From Bacteroidota bacterium (lineage in GTDB: Bacteria; Bacteroidota; Bacteroidia; 2-12-FULL-35-15): 64,000 nt of DNA. The stretch spans positions 2,249 to 66,248 of the forward strand of contig CANIFU010000007.1 of the NCBI GenBank assembly GCA_947466965.1, read 5' to 3'. The notes under the pieces are model-generated. The model saw only the letters and a program-made list of their open reading frames with translations. It did no database searches and was not told the DNA's origin. Each line of letters starts with the position of its first letter. The stretch's first letter is position 1. Shown piece after piece: positions 10,739 through 22,599 of the stretch. The position numbers and the translations under genes were made by a program.

Positions 10739-11125
10739 ATGCCGACAATCATACAAACTTATGAAATGAATGCAACAGCTGAAAAGGTATTTGAAGCATT
10801 AGTGAATGCTGAAATTATTCAGGATTGGAGTGGTGATGAAGCGAAGATGGGTGAAGAAGTTGGTGCGAAATTTTCATTGTGGGGAGGCCAAATGTTTGGA
10901 ACCAATCTCGAAGTTGTTAAAAATAAAAAACTGGTTCAGGAATGGTGTTACGATCAATGGGAAAAACCATCAAAAGTTACTTTTACAATTAAATCCAAAG
11001 GAAAAAAAACAATTGTTGAACTCTTACACGAAGATGTTCCTGAAAAATCTGTTAACAGTATTGCGGATGGTTGGAGTACTTATTACCTAGGAGCAATTCA
11101 AGATATGTTTGATGAAGCGAATTAA
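10739..11125 (+). CDS. SRPBCC-superfamily protein (AHSA1/Aha1-like domain)
   Basis: 128 aa with sequence pattern (EKVFEALVNAEIIQDWSGDEAKM...KLVQEW) typical of Activator-of-Hsp90-ATPase-like SRPBCC proteins. Confidence 0.7.
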   Translation: MPTIIQTYEMNATAEKVFEALVNAEIIQDWSGDEAKMGEEVGAKFSLWGGQMFGTNLEVVKNKKLVQEWCYDQWEKPSKVTFTIKSKGKKTIVELLHEDVPEKSVNSIADGWSTYYLGAIQDMFDEAN

Positions 11126-11244
11126 TAGTATCAATAAATTTGTTTAATGGCATCTGCTAATGATCTATTCCCCTATCAAAAATCAAATTAGCTTTTTTTT
11201 ATAGCCCGTATTTTCTTATATTTAGTTCTTAAAATTGTCTTCTG

Positions 11245-13689
11245 ATGAAAAAACGTTACTCGATTTTACTACTTGTTTTATTTGTGTTTAATTACGCTGT
11301 TGTCAAGGCACAATCCTGTCAGCAAAAACATGATGCCGTTCATTTTTCAAAATCAGGTTCTCCTGATGTTGATCTCATGGCTTCCAATTTAAGAAGTGAT
11401 ACGGTTGATATTCTAAATTATTCGATCAATTTAAATATTACTGATTTTACTACGAATGTCATTAAAGGAAATACAAAGGTGAAATTTACGCCAAAGGTAA
11501 ATGGCCTTAATAAGATCGAACTCGATCTGTTGGAATTGATTCTCGATTCGGTTAAAATAGGTGCCGTGAGTCTAACCACTCTTTATAATGATACAACACT
11601 TATAGTGAATTTGCCAACTGTTTTGAATATTGGAGATACGTCAATAGCAACTGTTTATTACCACGGAACTCCTCAAGGTGATGCATCCGGATGGGGTGGC
11701 TTTTATTTTCAAAGTGGATACGCATTTAATTTAGGTGTTGGTTTTTCCGCTTTGCCACATGTATACGGAAGGGTTTGGTTCCCTTGTTTTGATAACTTTG
11801 TGGAACGCTCTTCTTATGAATTTAATATCACTACAAATGCAGGAAAGGTCGCTTATTGCAACGGATATTTAGCGCATGACACAACCGATCTTGCCGGTGA
11901 CCGCACTCGTAAATGGATTCTCAATGAAGAGATCCCTTCTTATCTTGCATGCGTTGCCGTTGCTAACTATGCTGAAATCAATCAAACATATAATGGAATT
12001 GCTGCTTCTATTCCAATCGTTATTGCGGCAGTCGCATCAGATACTACCGCAGTAAAAAATTCATTCATCAATCTTCCCGTTGCTTTGTCAACATACGAAA
12101 CTCATTTTGGACCTTATATGTGGAACAAAGTGGGATATAGTATGGTGCCTTTTAATTCCGGTGCTATGGAACACGCAACAAATATTGCTTATCCAAAAGC
12201 AACAGCAACGGGTTCTTTAACGTATCAAACATTGTATGCACATGAATTGTCGCACCATTGGTTTGGTGATCTTGCTACATGCAGAACTGCTGAAGATATG
12301 TGGTTAAACGAAGGTTGGGCAAAGTATTGTGAGTTTTTGTTTTCTGAAACCTTGAATGGATATCCGAATTATTTAACCAATGTTAGAGTCAATCATGAAG
12401 ACAATCTGCATTTTAATACACCTAAAGAAGGAATATTAACGCTTTCAAATATTCCTCAGGCATTCACCTATGGGGATCATGTTTATAATAAAGGTGCTGA
12501 TATTGCACATACAATGCGGGGTTATATGGGTGATAGTTTATTTTTTTATTCTGTGAAAACATATCTTTCAAATAATAATTATAAAGATGTTTCTAGTTTA
12601 GATTTTCAAAACGAACTCAGTGCTGCAAGTGGAATAGATATGACCGATTTTTTTAACGGATGGGTAAATAATCCAGGTTGGCCACATTTTTCAATTGATT
12701 CAAGTATAGTTATCCCTTCCGGTTCGAATTACAGTGTTACCGTTTTTGTAAAACAAAAACTTACAGATGCTCCAAATTATTTTAATAGTGTTCCTTTGGA
12801 ACTTACATTTAAATCCGCTAATTGGGTTGAAAATACACAGACTTTTATCATGTCAGGTGCAAATGCGTCCTTTAATTTTACTGTTCCTTTCAATCCATCA
12901 TTTATTGGTTTAAATATGGCTGAAAAAATTAGTCATGCTGTTGCACCCGAATTCAAAACAATTAAAACTACAGGAACTTCCAATTTCGCCAATGCAAAAA
13001 TGACCTTGAATGTTTTAAGTATTATAGATTCTGCTTTTGTGAAAATCGAACATAATTTCACCACTCCCGATCCGGCATACGCTATTCCTTATCGATTGTC
13101 ACCCAATCATTATTGGAAAGTAGATGGTATACTTCCTTCCATTTTTCGCTCGAAAGCAACTTTGAACTACGATGGTCGCACAACCGCTTTTTCTGGGAAT
13201 TATTGGTTGGATAATAACTTGGTTACAACATTTGAAGATAGTTTGGTGTTACTTTATCGAAGAGATGCGTCTGTAAATTGGAGCGTTTATCCTTTTTATA
13301 CTAAAAATATGCTTTCGAACAATAATGATAAACGTGGAATCATAACAATAGATTCGCTTCAGTTAGGGGAATATGTATTTGCAATGATGGACTATGCTTC
13401 TGGTATTCAACAGGTTGGTTTTGTTGATGATAAGCATACCTTGGCGCTTTATCCTAATCCTGCGAATGATAAACTCACAATTGATTTGTTAGCTTCAGGG
13501 ATTAAATCCTTTGATAATACCATCTGTATTATTACAGATGTATCTGGAAAGATTATATATAAAGAAAAAATAAAACATCAAAACACGATCAGTATAAATA
13601 CAGTTGGGTTTTCTAACGGTATGTATTTTGTTTCATTGAAAACGAACGACGAAATAACCGCAGAAACAAAATTCGTTATTGCTCATTAA
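11245..13689 (+). CDS. M1-family zinc aminopeptidase with T9SS C-terminal sorting domain
   Basis: Signal peptide. HELSHHWFGD...NEGWAKY is the HExxH-x18-E zinc site. C-terminus (LYPNPANDKLTIDL...YFVSLKTNDEITAETKFVI) matches the Por/T9SS CTD. Confidence 0.85.
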   Translation: MKKRYSILLLVLFVFNYAVVKAQSCQQKHDAVHFSKSGSPDVDLMASNLRSDTVDILNYSINLNITDFTTNVIKGNTKVKFTPKVNGLNKIELDLLELILDSVKIGAVSLTTLYNDTTLIVNLPTVLNIGDTSIATVYYHGTPQGDASGWGGFYFQSGYAFNLGVGFSALPHVYGRVWFPCFDNFVERSSYEFNITTNAGKVAYCNGYLAHDTTDLAGDRTRKWILNEEIPSYLACVAVANYAEINQTYNGIAASIPIVIAAVASDTTAVKNSFINLPVALSTYETHFGPYMWNKVGYSMVPFNSGAMEHATNIAYPKATATGSLTYQTLYAHELSHHWFGDLATCRTAEDMWLNEGWAKYCEFLFSETLNGYPNYLTNVRVNHEDNLHFNTPKEGILTLSNIPQAFTYGDHVYNKGADIAHTMRGYMGDSLFFYSVKTYLSNNNYKDVSSLDFQNELSAASGIDMTDFFNGWVNNPGWPHFSIDSSIVIPSGSNYSVTVFVKQKLTDAPNYFNSVPLELTFKSANWVENTQTFIMSGANASFNFTVPFNPSFIGLNMAEKISHAVAPEFKTIKTTGTSNFANAKMTLNVLSIIDSAFVKIEHNFTTPDPAYAIPYRLSPNHYWKVDGILPSIFRSKATLNYDGRTTAFSGNYWLDNNLVTTFEDSLVLLYRRDASVNWSVYPFYTKNMLSNNNDKRGIITIDSLQLGEYVFAMMDYASGIQQVGFVDDKHTLALYPNPANDKLTIDLLASGIKSFDNTICIITDVSGKIIYKEKIKHQNTISINTVGFSNGMYFVSLKTNDEITAETKFVIAH

Positions 13690-13796
13690 TTTGATGCGTT
13701 TGTTTGGCCTAGATCAACTAAATTTTTAAATACGAAGTGTGTTTAAATTTTTTTATTAATTGTAAAAGGCAAACTGAATTCTATTTAAATTGAATT

Positions 13797-15626
13797 ATGG
13801 GATATAAAAGTACGCAAGAATGCGTTAACGACTTGGAAAAAAACGGACACCTTGTTCGTATAAAAGAGGAAGTAAGTTCTGATTTAGAAATGGCGGCTAT
13901 TCATCTTCGTGTATTCGAAAATAAAGGTCCAGCTATTTTTTTTGAAAATATTAAAGATTGTAAATTCAAAGCGGTTTCAAATTTATATGGTTCTGTTGAT
14001 CGAAGTAAATTTATTTTCCGAGATACGATCGAAAAAATAAAAACACTTATTGATCTTAAAAACAATCCATTGGATGCACTGAAGCATCCTTTTAAATATG
14101 CAAATGTTGGCTTAACAGCATTTTCGGCTCTTCCTAAGAGATCACTTTTTTCTAACCCTGTACTTCAGAATCAAACAACGATCTCTTCTTTGCCACAAAT
14201 TAAATGTTGGCCGAATGATGGTGGTGCATTTGTTACTTTACCACTAGTATACTCTGAAGATATCGATAAACCAGGTGTGATGAGTTCCAACTTAGGAATG
14301 TATCGCATTCAATTAAGTGGTAATGAGTATCTCAAGGATAAAGAGATTGGTTTGCATTATCAGTTGCATCGTGGTATTGGTGTTCACCAAACAAAATCAA
14401 ATGCAAAAAATAAACCGCTTAAAGTAAGCATTTTTGTTGGTGGACCTCCTTCTCTTACACTTGGTGCAGTAATGCCCTTGCCGGAAGGAATGTCTGAATT
14501 AGTTTTTGCTGGCGCTCTTGGTAAAAGAAGAATCCGCTATTCTTATGAAGATGGTTTCTGCATTGCTTCGGATGCTGATTTTGTAATTACTGGTGAAGTA
14601 TTTCCGAATGAAAATAAAGCGGAGGGCCCTTTTGGTGATCATCTTGGGTATTATAGTCTGAAACACGATTTTCCAATGATGCGCGTTCATAAAGTGTATC
14701 ACCGCAATAATGCTATTTGGCCATTCACCGTTGTTGGTCGACCTCCTCAAGAAGATACCAGTTTCGGTGCATTGATTCACGAAATAACCGGTAATGCTAT
14801 TCCAACTGAAATACCTGGTTTGAAAGATGTTCATGCTGTGGACGCTTCAGGTGTTCATCCACTTTTGTTGGCGATTGGAAGTGAACGTTATACTCCTTAT
14901 TATAAGGATCGGAAGCCTCAGGAAATTTTAACTATTGCTAACCATATTTTGGGTAAAGGTCAGTTAAGTCTCGCGAAATATTTATTTATTATTGCTGGTG
15001 AAGATAATCCGAAATTAACAACACACGATGTTGCTGATTATTTTATGCATGTCTTGGAGCGCGTCGACTGGACAAGAGATTTGCATTTTCATACACGAAC
15101 CTCTATTGATACATTAGATTATAGCGGAGATGGTTTAAACAGTGGAAGCAAAGTTGTTATTGCTGCAGCAGGAGAAAAGAAAAGAACGTTGGGAACAAAT
15201 TTGTTTGATTTAAATTTGCCCGCTGGATTTACAAATCCGAAAATTGTTATCCCTGGTGTAATTGCAATTCAATGTGATCGTTATTTCGACAAAAAAACGA
15301 CAGAACGTCAAATGCAGCTGCTTTCCGAAAAACTGACCAATATAGATTCCTCCTTTCCTTTGTTAATTATTTGTGATGATGCTGATTTTGTTTCAGCGAA
15401 TCTGAATAATTTCCTTTGGACGACTTTTACAAGAAGCAATCCTTCGCACGATATTTTTGGTGTCGAAAGTTTTGTTGAAAATAAACATTGGGGATGTAAT
15501 GGTGCATTGATTATTGATGCACGTATAAAGCCACACCATGCGCCTCCTTTGATAAAAGATCCTAAAGTTGAAAAGCGTGTAGATGCTTTAGCTACAAAAG
15601 GTAAATCTTTGTACGGTATAATTTAA
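13797..15626 (+). CDS. UbiD-family decarboxylase (probable menaquinone/futalosine-pathway decarboxylase; long form)
   Basis: N-terminus (MGYKSTQECVNDLEKNGHLVRIKEEVSSDLEMAAIHLRV) and downstream blocks resemble the UbiD 3-octaprenyl-4-hydroxybenzoate carboxy-lyase family. At 609 aa it is longer than canonical UbiD. Confidence 0.6.
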   Translation: MGYKSTQECVNDLEKNGHLVRIKEEVSSDLEMAAIHLRVFENKGPAIFFENIKDCKFKAVSNLYGSVDRSKFIFRDTIEKIKTLIDLKNNPLDALKHPFKYANVGLTAFSALPKRSLFSNPVLQNQTTISSLPQIKCWPNDGGAFVTLPLVYSEDIDKPGVMSSNLGMYRIQLSGNEYLKDKEIGLHYQLHRGIGVHQTKSNAKNKPLKVSIFVGGPPSLTLGAVMPLPEGMSELVFAGALGKRRIRYSYEDGFCIASDADFVITGEVFPNENKAEGPFGDHLGYYSLKHDFPMMRVHKVYHRNNAIWPFTVVGRPPQEDTSFGALIHEITGNAIPTEIPGLKDVHAVDASGVHPLLLAIGSERYTPYYKDRKPQEILTIANHILGKGQLSLAKYLFIIAGEDNPKLTTHDVADYFMHVLERVDWTRDLHFHTRTSIDTLDYSGDGLNSGSKVVIAAAGEKKRTLGTNLFDLNLPAGFTNPKIVIPGVIAIQCDRYFDKKTTERQMQLLSEKLTNIDSSFPLLIICDDADFVSANLNNFLWTTFTRSNPSHDIFGVESFVENKHWGCNGALIIDARIKPHHAPPLIKDPKVEKRVDALATKGKSLYGII

Positions 15627-15987
15627 TTGCGTTCGTCTTAGCTGTTCTTGTCAGATTTTCCATTAATGTTTAATTGATTAAGCGCCTTTGATTAGTACTA
15701 AATTTTAAATGGAGTCCAATAATTTTCTGTAATTATTTTTTAATTTCTATTTATTCGAATCAAAATAGATGACGGATTGAATTTATATTGATGACCTAAT
15801 GTAAATAGTGATGCTGCATTTAAAATTAAATAACTATAAAGTTTATTCACGAAGTGACTTTGAGTTTTTTATTGCGTTTAACGGAAAGGGCTATAGCGAA
15901 TAGAGAACACTGTTAGAGCTGAATAAAAATGAATTTTAATAAATGACTTTAGTGCTATAAAGGTTTAATACGAAAATGATAAAATAA

Positions 15988-16021
15988 AAAACCCCGAAGT
16001 AAATTCGGGGTTTTTTATTAA
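15988..16021. terminator. rho-independent terminator downstream of gltA (works on both strands)
   Basis: AAAAAACCCCGAAGTAAATTCGGGGTTTTTTATT: a GC stem flanked by an A-run and a T-run. Confidence 0.8.
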
Positions 16022-17352
16022 GCTTTTTCAGCAGCTTCAGCAGCAGCAATTTTCTTTTTGATTCCTTCTGTGGTAATGGAACCCGGTCGTTCAATCGGAT
16101 GGCCTAATGCTCTATCCCAAACCAATGAAGACAATACGCCTAAAGCTCTTGACACACCAAATAATACAGTGTAAAATTCGTGCTCAACCATTCCATAGTG
16201 TGTCAACAATACACCAGAGTGTGAGTCAACATTGGGCCATGGGTTTTTTATTTTTCCTGTGCTTTCCAAAATTGGAGGCGCAACTTTATAAACCATCTGT
16301 ACAATCTCACAAAGATCATCTGCACCTTGAGGTTTTATATAACGGTAATAGAAATCCTGTTGTGCAGTAAAACGAGGATCTGTTTTGCGTAAAACGGCAT
16401 GTCCGTATCCCGGTACAACTTTTCCGTCGGCTAACGTTTTTTTGATGTAATCTTCAATTTGTTTTTCCGTTGGTAATCCGCCACCTAAATTTTCGCGTAA
16501 TTCAAGAATCCAACTTAATACTTCCTGATTTGCTAAACCATGCAATGGACCCGCCAAGCCATTCATACCAGCTGCAAAAGCTAAATACGGATCACTTAGC
16601 GCAGAACCAACCAAATGTGTTGTGTGAGCGGATACATTTCCTCCTTCGTGATCCACGTGAATGGTCATATACATGCGCATTAAACGTTTCATGTCAAATG
16701 ATTCATAACCCATCATGTGTGCAAGATTTGCAGCCCAATCTAATTTAGGATCCGGTTCAATGTGCTCCCCATTTTTATATTTTCTACGATAAATATATGC
16801 TGCAACACGCGGTAAACGTGCAATCAGATTCATAGAATCTTCGTAGGTATAATCCCAATAATCTTTTTTACTGATTCCTTTTTTGTAAGCAGCTGCAAAT
16901 ACCGATTCTGTTTGCATCGCCATTATCGCCATTACGAACTGAGTCATCGGATGTGTTGATGCAGGCATTTTGTCCAACACGTCAAAAACATGTTTGGGAA
17001 CAATCGCTCTGCGAGCCCATACATTTCCTAAATTCAAAACGTCTTCCTGAGTTGGCAGTTCACCTAACAACATCAGATAAAAAATCCCTTCGGGTAATGG
17101 TTCAGTTCCACCCGGTGCTTTAGGAAGTTTTTCACGAAGTTCAGGGATTGTATAACCGCGAAAGCGAATTCCTTCTTCCGGATCTAGTTTGGAGGTTTCA
17201 GTAACCAAGCCAACTATTCCTTTCATACCTTGGTATACTTGCGCTACCGTATATTCACCTAATTTTACATCACCTTTTTCTTTGATGATTTGTTTCACTT
17301 CAGCAGCCATTGGGCCTGCTTTTGCTGCGAACTTATCTTTTAATGAATCCAT
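16018..17352 (-). CDS. gltA: citrate synthase
   Basis: 444 aa with citrate synthase signature regions (GYGHAVLRKTDPRF, HVDHEGGNVSAHT). Confidence 0.9.
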   Translation of the reverse strand: MDSLKDKFAAKAGPMAAEVKQIIKEKGDVKLGEYTVAQVYQGMKGIVGLVTETSKLDPEEGIRFRGYTIPELREKLPKAPGGTEPLPEGIFYLMLLGELPTQEDVLNLGNVWARRAIVPKHVFDVLDKMPASTHPMTQFVMAIMAMQTESVFAAAYKKGISKKDYWDYTYEDSMNLIARLPRVAAYIYRRKYKNGEHIEPDPKLDWAANLAHMMGYESFDMKRLMRMYMTIHVDHEGGNVSAHTTHLVGSALSDPYLAFAAGMNGLAGPLHGLANQEVLSWILELRENLGGGLPTEKQIEDYIKKTLADGKVVPGYGHAVLRKTDPRFTAQQDFYYRYIKPQGADDLCEIVQMVYKVAPPILESTGKIKNPWPNVDSHSGVLLTHYGMVEHEFYTVLFGVSRALGVLSSLVWDRALGHPIERPGSITTEGIKKKIAAAEAAEKA

Positions 17353-17494
17353 AAATCGTAATGAATTGTTGTCCTATATTTCTTATTTCCGAAAGGTAAA
17401 AGGATTTTATGATATTAAAAACAATATTGAGAAAATTATTTATTCTTTAACACTCACTTTAAGTTGTTAGTGAACGTTAAAGAATAACAAAGGT

Positions 17495-18799
<1,305 letters not shown>

Positions 18800-18839
18800 T
18801 TATTTAGTGTATTTTTCTTTGACCTGAAATTGATGATTC

Positions 18840-18880
18840 AAAAGTAAAAATAAAACCTGTGGCTATAAGTGATTTTTATT
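18840..18880 (-). promoter_or_regulatory. putative Bacteroidota-type promoter for eno (TAnnTTTG -7 box)
   Basis: Minus-strand TACTTTTG (complement of 18840..18847) lies about 50 bp upstream of the eno start. Confidence 0.3.
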
Positions 18881-19057
18881 AACATTTTAGCTCATTTCGG
18901 TTGATATTTTCAATCTTTTAAGATTGTTCTATCATTTAATAAATCAGTACATTCGTTCAAAATAAATTATTATTTGCATCCAATTTCATCTTGAAAGATC
19001 AGCTGAAAAGATTGCAATTTATTAATAACGTTTGTAAACTAACCTTACATAATTAAC

Positions 19058-20293
19058 GTGGTACTCAATTATATTTGGATTGCCTTTTTTGTAATTGCCT
19101 TTGTTGTTGCTCTTTTAAAATTAGCTTTTACAGGTGATACAGAGACTTTTAAAACGATCATTGATGCTACTTTTGATTCTTCAAAAATGGCTGTCATGGA
19201 TATTTCTTTGCCTTTGGTTGGTGTGATGACCTTATGGCTGGGACTCATGAATATTGGTGAAAAGGCTGGCGCAATAAATTTTTTGTCGCGTATTGTTGGC
19301 CCTTTTTTTAATAAATTATTTCCTGAAATTCCGAAAAATCATCCTGCAAACGGACAAATTATGATGAATTTTTCTGCTAATATGCTTGGTTTGGATAATG
19401 CTGCTACACCGCTTGGTTTAAAAGCAATGAATACCATGCAGGAGTTAAATCCTGTTAAAGATACCGCTTCAAATGCTCAGATCATGTTTTTGGTTTTGAA
19501 CACCTCCGGTCTAACCATTATTCCTGTTACCATTATGGCACAAAGAGCGATTATGGGGGCTGCAAATCCTTCTGATGTTTTTATCCCGATTCTAATCGCT
19601 ACTTTTTTTTCTACACTAACGGGTTTATTGGTTGTTGCCTTTTGGCAAAAAATAAATTTATTAAACAAAGTTGTTTTAAGTTGGTTACTTGGAATTTCTG
19701 CTTTTATTTTTTCAATTATCTGGTATTTTAGCACCTTGAGTCCCGATCAGATTTCGAAAGTTTCAATGGTGTCTGCTAATTTTATTCTTCTTTTGATCAT
19801 CGTTTCTTTCATGCTTGGTGCCTTAAGAAAAAAAGTGAATGTGTATGATGCATTTGTTGAAGGTGCAAAATCGGGTTTTGAAACAGGAGTTAAAGTTATT
19901 CCTTATTTAGTTGCAATGCTTGTTGGAATTGCTGTTTTTAGAGCTTCAGGCGCTATGGGGTTCATTGTTGATGGGATAGCATTTTTATTTCATGCTTTGA
20001 ATTTTAATACCGACTTTGTGGGTTCTTTGCCTACCGCATTCATGAAACCTTTGAGTGGAAGTGGCGCTAAAGCAATGATGCTGGAAACAATGAAAGTAAA
20101 TGGTGCCGATTCTTTTGTGGGAAGATTAAGTTGCGTTTTTCAAGGTGCTGCAGATACCACTTTTTATATTGTAGCGCTCTATTTTGGTTCTGTTGGCATT
20201 AAGAAAACAAGGTATGCCATTGCTGCTGGTTTAATCGCTGACCTTGCAGGTGTTATTGCTGCAATTTTTATTTCATATTTGTTTTTTCATTAA
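19058..20293 (+). CDS. nucleoside-recognition (Gate) domain membrane protein, SpmA/SpmB-like fusion
   Basis: GTG start. N-terminus VLNYIWIAFF... resembles SpmA (MLNYIWIGFF). Multi-TM with two Gate-domain halves. Confidence 0.65.
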   Translation: MVLNYIWIAFFVIAFVVALLKLAFTGDTETFKTIIDATFDSSKMAVMDISLPLVGVMTLWLGLMNIGEKAGAINFLSRIVGPFFNKLFPEIPKNHPANGQIMMNFSANMLGLDNAATPLGLKAMNTMQELNPVKDTASNAQIMFLVLNTSGLTIIPVTIMAQRAIMGAANPSDVFIPILIATFFSTLTGLLVVAFWQKINLLNKVVLSWLLGISAFIFSIIWYFSTLSPDQISKVSMVSANFILLLIIVSFMLGALRKKVNVYDAFVEGAKSGFETGVKVIPYLVAMLVGIAVFRASGAMGFIVDGIAFLFHALNFNTDFVGSLPTAFMKPLSGSGAKAMMLETMKVNGADSFVGRLSCVFQGAADTTFYIVALYFGSVGIKKTRYAIAAGLIADLAGVIAAIFISYLFFH

Positions 20294-20301
20294 CAAAAAA
20301 A

Positions 20302-21237
20302 CTAGAAGTCTTCGTTTTCGGGCTTCTGAGATCGCATATATAATTGATCTCCGGTCTTTGGTTCTTCACCAGGTTTCATATTGTTTTTTTTGTAAAGTTT
20401 CTTTAATTTTATTCCATGCAATTGTGAAATGGATTTCATTGTCTCTCCCTTTTTAACTATATGAAAAGGCTCTTTCGCTTTGTTTCTTTTTGGCTGAAGG
20501 TAAATTTTTTGACCTACAAGTAATTTTGAATCCGGTTTCAGATCATTGAATTTGTATAATTGCCAAAGATCTTTATCGGTATCTACCGAAATTTTATAAA
20601 ATGAATCTCCCGGTTTTACTATAGTATATTTTATAAATCTGAATCGTAAAATTTCTCTTACTTCCATTGTTTCAGGTGGCGAAGTGTTGCTTGCTGCAAC
20701 AACAATGTTTGGTAATTCAGCCACCTCATCGTATTGAAACAATTTGTGCATTTCAATAAGGTCAATTAAACGTTGTGTGTATTTTGGATCTGTTGCATAT
20801 CCTGTTTGTTTTAAGCCTTTTGCCCAACCTTTATAATCTGTACGTTTTAATGCAAATAACCCAGAATATCTGCTGCGTGTTTTTAAAAAATTGGAGTGAT
20901 CGGTATAGGAGTCTAAAACAGAAGTGTATTTTCTAAAACATTCGTCTTTGCTATCATCATCTTTTATGAATGAAGGACCGCTCCATTCTTTGTGACATTT
21001 TATACCGAAATGATTGTTTGCATATACCGCCAGGTCACTGTTCCCGTTTCCGCTCTCAAGCATGCCTTGCGCCAACGTTATGCTTGCAGGGATATTATAC
21101 ATTAACATTTCCTTGATCGCTTCGTCCTTGAAGTTTTCAATGTATTGGTTAGCTGTCATTTTACGTTCAGCCGGTTGCGCGATTAACGTTGAAACATAAA
21201 ATGTAAATAAAGTAATTATTGGTAATTGTGTTCGCAT
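20302..21237 (-). CDS. peptidoglycan hydrolase: glucosaminidase (FlgJ-like mannosyl-glycoprotein endo-beta-N-acetylglucosaminidase) domain + 2 LysM domains
   Basis: PASITLAQGMLESGNGNSDLAVYANNHFGIK matches the glucosaminidase domain. There are two C-terminal LysM-like repeats (YTIVKPGDSFYKIS..., HIVKKGETMKSISQLHG...). The likely true start is the internal Met followed by a signal peptide. Confidence 0.75.
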   Translation of the reverse strand: MRTQLPIITLFTFYVSTLIAQPAERKMTANQYIENFKDEAIKEMLMYNIPASITLAQGMLESGNGNSDLAVYANNHFGIKCHKEWSGPSFIKDDDSKDECFRKYTSVLDSYTDHSNFLKTRSRYSGLFALKRTDYKGWAKGLKQTGYATDPKYTQRLIDLIEMHKLFQYDEVAELPNIVVAASNTSPPETMEVREILRFRFIKYTIVKPGDSFYKISVDTDKDLWQLYKFNDLKPDSKLLVGQKIYLQPKRNKAKEPFHIVKKGETMKSISQLHGIKLKKLYKKNNMKPGEEPKTGDQLYMRSQKPENEDF

Positions 21238-21305
21238 TGTTTCAAAAATACAAATTATTGTTCTCAAATCAATTTCAATAAGATGAACTTTCAAACAGTG
21301 ATTTG

Positions 21306-22193
21306 TTAGTTTTCAAATCCTAAATTGCCTTGTAAACCGCCAGTGTGGACAGCTATAATTGTATGTCCTTTTTTAAAAGCCCCCTTTTTAATCAAATCGT
21401 ATATTCCAAACATCATCTTTCCAGTGTAAATATAATCCAAGGGAACGTCATTCTCCTTTTCAAATACTTGTATAAAATTTAGTAATTCGGTTTTTAGTTT
21501 TGCATATCCTCCAAAATGATAGACATCATTAATTTCCCAATTTTTTTGTGCTGAAGAAAATTGATTCAGCCATGTGGAAACTTCATTTTTAATATAATTT
21601 TCAGCCTTCAACACCTGAAAACCAATCGCCTTTTGATTCGTTTTTATTGAAAGAAGTATCCCTGTAAATGTTGCTCCCGTTCCGCACGCACAGCAAATAC
21701 TATCAAAATTGATGGGTATGTTTTTTGTTATTTCTTTACAGCCCTCTATTCCTAATTGATTTGAACCTCCCTCTGGTATTAAATAATAATTTTGTTCTCC
21801 GAATTTATTACTGATATATTCATTCAATTCGTTCTTATTCTTATACAACATACGTGAAACGTAATGTAATTCCATACCTTGTTCTTTTGCGAAACGTAAT
21901 GTCGGATTCAGCTTTTGACATTCTTCACCCCTTATAATTCCAATGGTTTTTAATCCATACTCTTTGCCGGCTGCTGCTGAAGCGGCAATGTGGTTCGAAA
22001 ATGCTCCACCAAATGTTAGGATTGTTTTCTTGTTTTCTTTTTTTGCAGCATCAATATTGTAGTGCAACTTATACAATTTGTTGCCACTGATAGATGCATG
22101 GTTTAAGTCTAGGCGATATACATACAGGTTTATTTCATGCGCTGTTAAAAATGCCGAAGTGATTTTCTGAAGAGGAACAATTTTATGTATCAT
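21306..22193 (-). CDS. PLP-dependent 1-aminocyclopropane-1-carboxylate deaminase/D-cysteine desulfhydrase family protein
   Basis: About 295 aa; the SGNKLYKL...FGGAFSNHIAASAAAG pattern (PLP-Lys region) is typical of the ACC deaminase/DcyD family. Confidence 0.7.
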   Translation of the reverse strand: MIHKIVPLQKITSAFLTAHEINLYVYRLDLNHASISGNKLYKLHYNIDAAKKENKKTILTFGGAFSNHIAASAAAGKEYGLKTIGIIRGEECQKLNPTLRFAKEQGMELHYVSRMLYKNKNELNEYISNKFGEQNYYLIPEGGSNQLGIEGCKEITKNIPINFDSICCACGTGATFTGILLSIKTNQKAIGFQVLKAENYIKNEVSTWLNQFSSAQKNWEINDVYHFGGYAKLKTELLNFIQVFEKENDVPLDYIYTGKMMFGIYDLIKKGAFKKGHTIIAVHTGGLQGNLGFEN

Positions 22194-22536
22194 TTGAAGG
22201 GATCTGAAAAAAGAACATTCGGCAAAAACGACTGATTTGCCTGTGTTGCAATAAATAACTCAACTTTAGACTTTTGGAAGGCGGATAAATTCAATTGGTT
22301 CGGTGTTCCACTTTTCAAGACAGTGATTCGATGTTTAATCGAACAGATGAACCTTAATGGTGGCGCCTTAAAATCACTTAAAAATATGTTTGTATTAAAT
22401 GAATAGACTTTTTTTGAAATAACCTCTAAATTCGGGAGTTTAAAGTGGTGTTTTGAAAACCTTATTATTAAGCCTATACCCGAAAAAATAGAAAAATAAA
22501 TGCCATTTTGATAACTCATTACACAAAGATATAATT

Positions 22537-22568
22537 TTTGGTGTGCGGATAATGATAAAATACTTTTG
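22537..22568 (+). promoter_or_regulatory. putative promoter (-33 TTTG / -7 TACTTTTG) for the small Cys-rich gene and hutU
   Basis: TTTG at 22537..22540 and TACTTTTG at 22561..22568, with about 20-bp spacing as in Bacteroidota sigma-A promoters. The ATG is at 22600. Confidence 0.4.
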
Positions 22569-22599
22569 ACAATTCTTTTTCCCGCATTATCTTTGTTTC

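Noticed and set aside
10806-11090. 94-aa ORF overlapping the SRPBCC gene in another frame
   Set aside because: It is fully nested within a well-supported CDS and has no independent signals.
15627-16017. 390-bp AT-rich gene-free interval, examined for ncRNA such as SRP RNA, RNase P or 6S
   Set aside because: There are no conserved ncRNA motifs or convincing extended secondary structure apart from the terminal terminator hairpin.
22190-22519. 109-aa minus-strand ORF directly upstream of, and overlapping by 4 bp, the ACC-deaminase-family gene
   Set aside because: The composition (F/S/I/K/L-rich) is typical of AT-rich non-coding DNA. It lies in the divergent promoter region and has no recognisable motif.
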